Shown piece after piece: positions 63,355 through 64,000 of a stretch of DNA of 64,000 nt. Origin of the DNA: Cyanobacteriota bacterium (GTDB lineage Bacteria; Cyanobacteriota; Cyanobacteriia; Thermostichales; Thermostichaceae); assembly GCA_033764955.1 (NCBI GenBank), contig JANRIL010000044.1:32001-96000 (forward strand). The letters are read 5' to 3'. The notes under the pieces were generated by a model. It ran no database searches. It saw only the letters and a list, made by a program, of their open reading frames with translations, and was not told where the DNA came from. A program made the position numbers and the translations under genes. Each line of letters starts with the position of its first letter. The first letter of the stretch is position 1.

Positions 63355-63999
63355 TTAAGGAATCAGGTCGCGTCCTCTGGTGTCGGCCAATGCCTGAGGA
63401 TCGGGGACTTCTCCTTCGGTGTAGTAACCTGCGGCTTTTTTGGCTTCGATTTCCACACGGGCATCAGCAGGGATCAGATCCTCAGGAATCGGGATCCGCT
63501 TGACCACCTCAATCCCGGAGTGAGTAATAGCCCGATACTTCATGTCACTCATGGAAACCAGCCGATCAATGCGGGTGACCCCTAGCCAGTGCAACACATC
63601 CGGCATTAACTCTTGAAAACGCATATCCTGCACCCCAGCCACACATTCGGTGCGGGCAAAATAGGCATCCGCCCGATCCCCCCCCTCCTGCCGCTTGCGG
63701 GCGTTATAGACCAAAAACTTGGTGACTTCCCCCAGGGCACGCCCTTCTTTCCGCAAATAGACAATGATGCCTACGCCCCCTGTTTGGGCGGTTTGAACGC
63801 ACTCCTCAATGCCATGCACCAGATAGGGACGACAGGTGCAAATATCGGAGCCAAATACATCCGAGCCATTACACTCATCGTGAACCCGCACCGCTACGGC
63901 TCGTTCTGGATCAGTGATGGCAGCCAGCCGCCCAAAAATATAAACCGTTAGACCCCCAATGGGTGGCAAAAATACCTCCAGATCCGAGCGGGTCACCAA
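63355..63999 (-). CDS. GTP cyclohydrolase II-like protein (RibA-like / URC1 type), 5' truncated by window edge
   Basis: KVFLPPIGG-like, RVHDECNGSDVFGSDICTC, KEGRALGEVTKFLVYNAR, DMRFQ, AKKAAGY. Confidence 0.85.
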   Translation of the reverse strand: MVTRSDLEVFLPPIGGLTVYIFGRLAAITDPERAVAVRVHDECNGSDVFGSDICTCRPYLVHGIEECVQTAQTGGVGIIVYLRKEGRALGEVTKFLVYNARKRQEGGDRADAYFARTECVAGVQDMRFQELMPDVLHWLGVTRIDRLVSMSDMKYRAITHSGIEVVKRIPIPEDLIPADARVEIEAKKAAGYYTEGEVPDPQALADTRGRDLIP

Positions 64000-64000
64000 C

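Overview
A 64-kb chromosomal window from a cyanobacterium. The highly iterated palindrome is GGGATCCC rather than canonical HIP1 GCGATCGC, as in the Thermostichus / hot-spring Synechococcus lineage. Most of it is core genes: sufS, ndhCKJ, pgm, lspA, larC/larE, an LptD-like gene, leuD, nemRA, an hli gene, pyrF, ndhB, folE and moeA. It also holds a complete guanidine-utilisation operon (NtcA-type promoter, enlarged guanidine-I riboswitch, gdmH, hypA/hypB, ABC transporter) and the end of a RibA-like/URC1 locus. Three accessory patches stand out. (i) A Septu-type ptuAB anti-phage pair followed by a well-formed integron attC site with a G|AT right junction and no integrase in the window, consistent with a defence cassette integrated at a chromosomal secondary site. 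(ii) An uncharacterised AT-rich trio: duplicated glycine-zipper protein, small PD-(D/E)XK-like nuclease, and secreted ankyrin split by an in-frame TAG. (iii) A frameshifted DUF29 gene running into an IS1 remnant. Other points of interest are a MidA/NDUFAF7 methyltransferase directly behind ndhCKJ, a putative two-Cys cyanobacteriochrome kinase, a soluble CBS-MCP chemoreceptor and a CSLREA lipoprotein with a dockerin-like duplication. All calls are by eye from motifs; no database searches were run.
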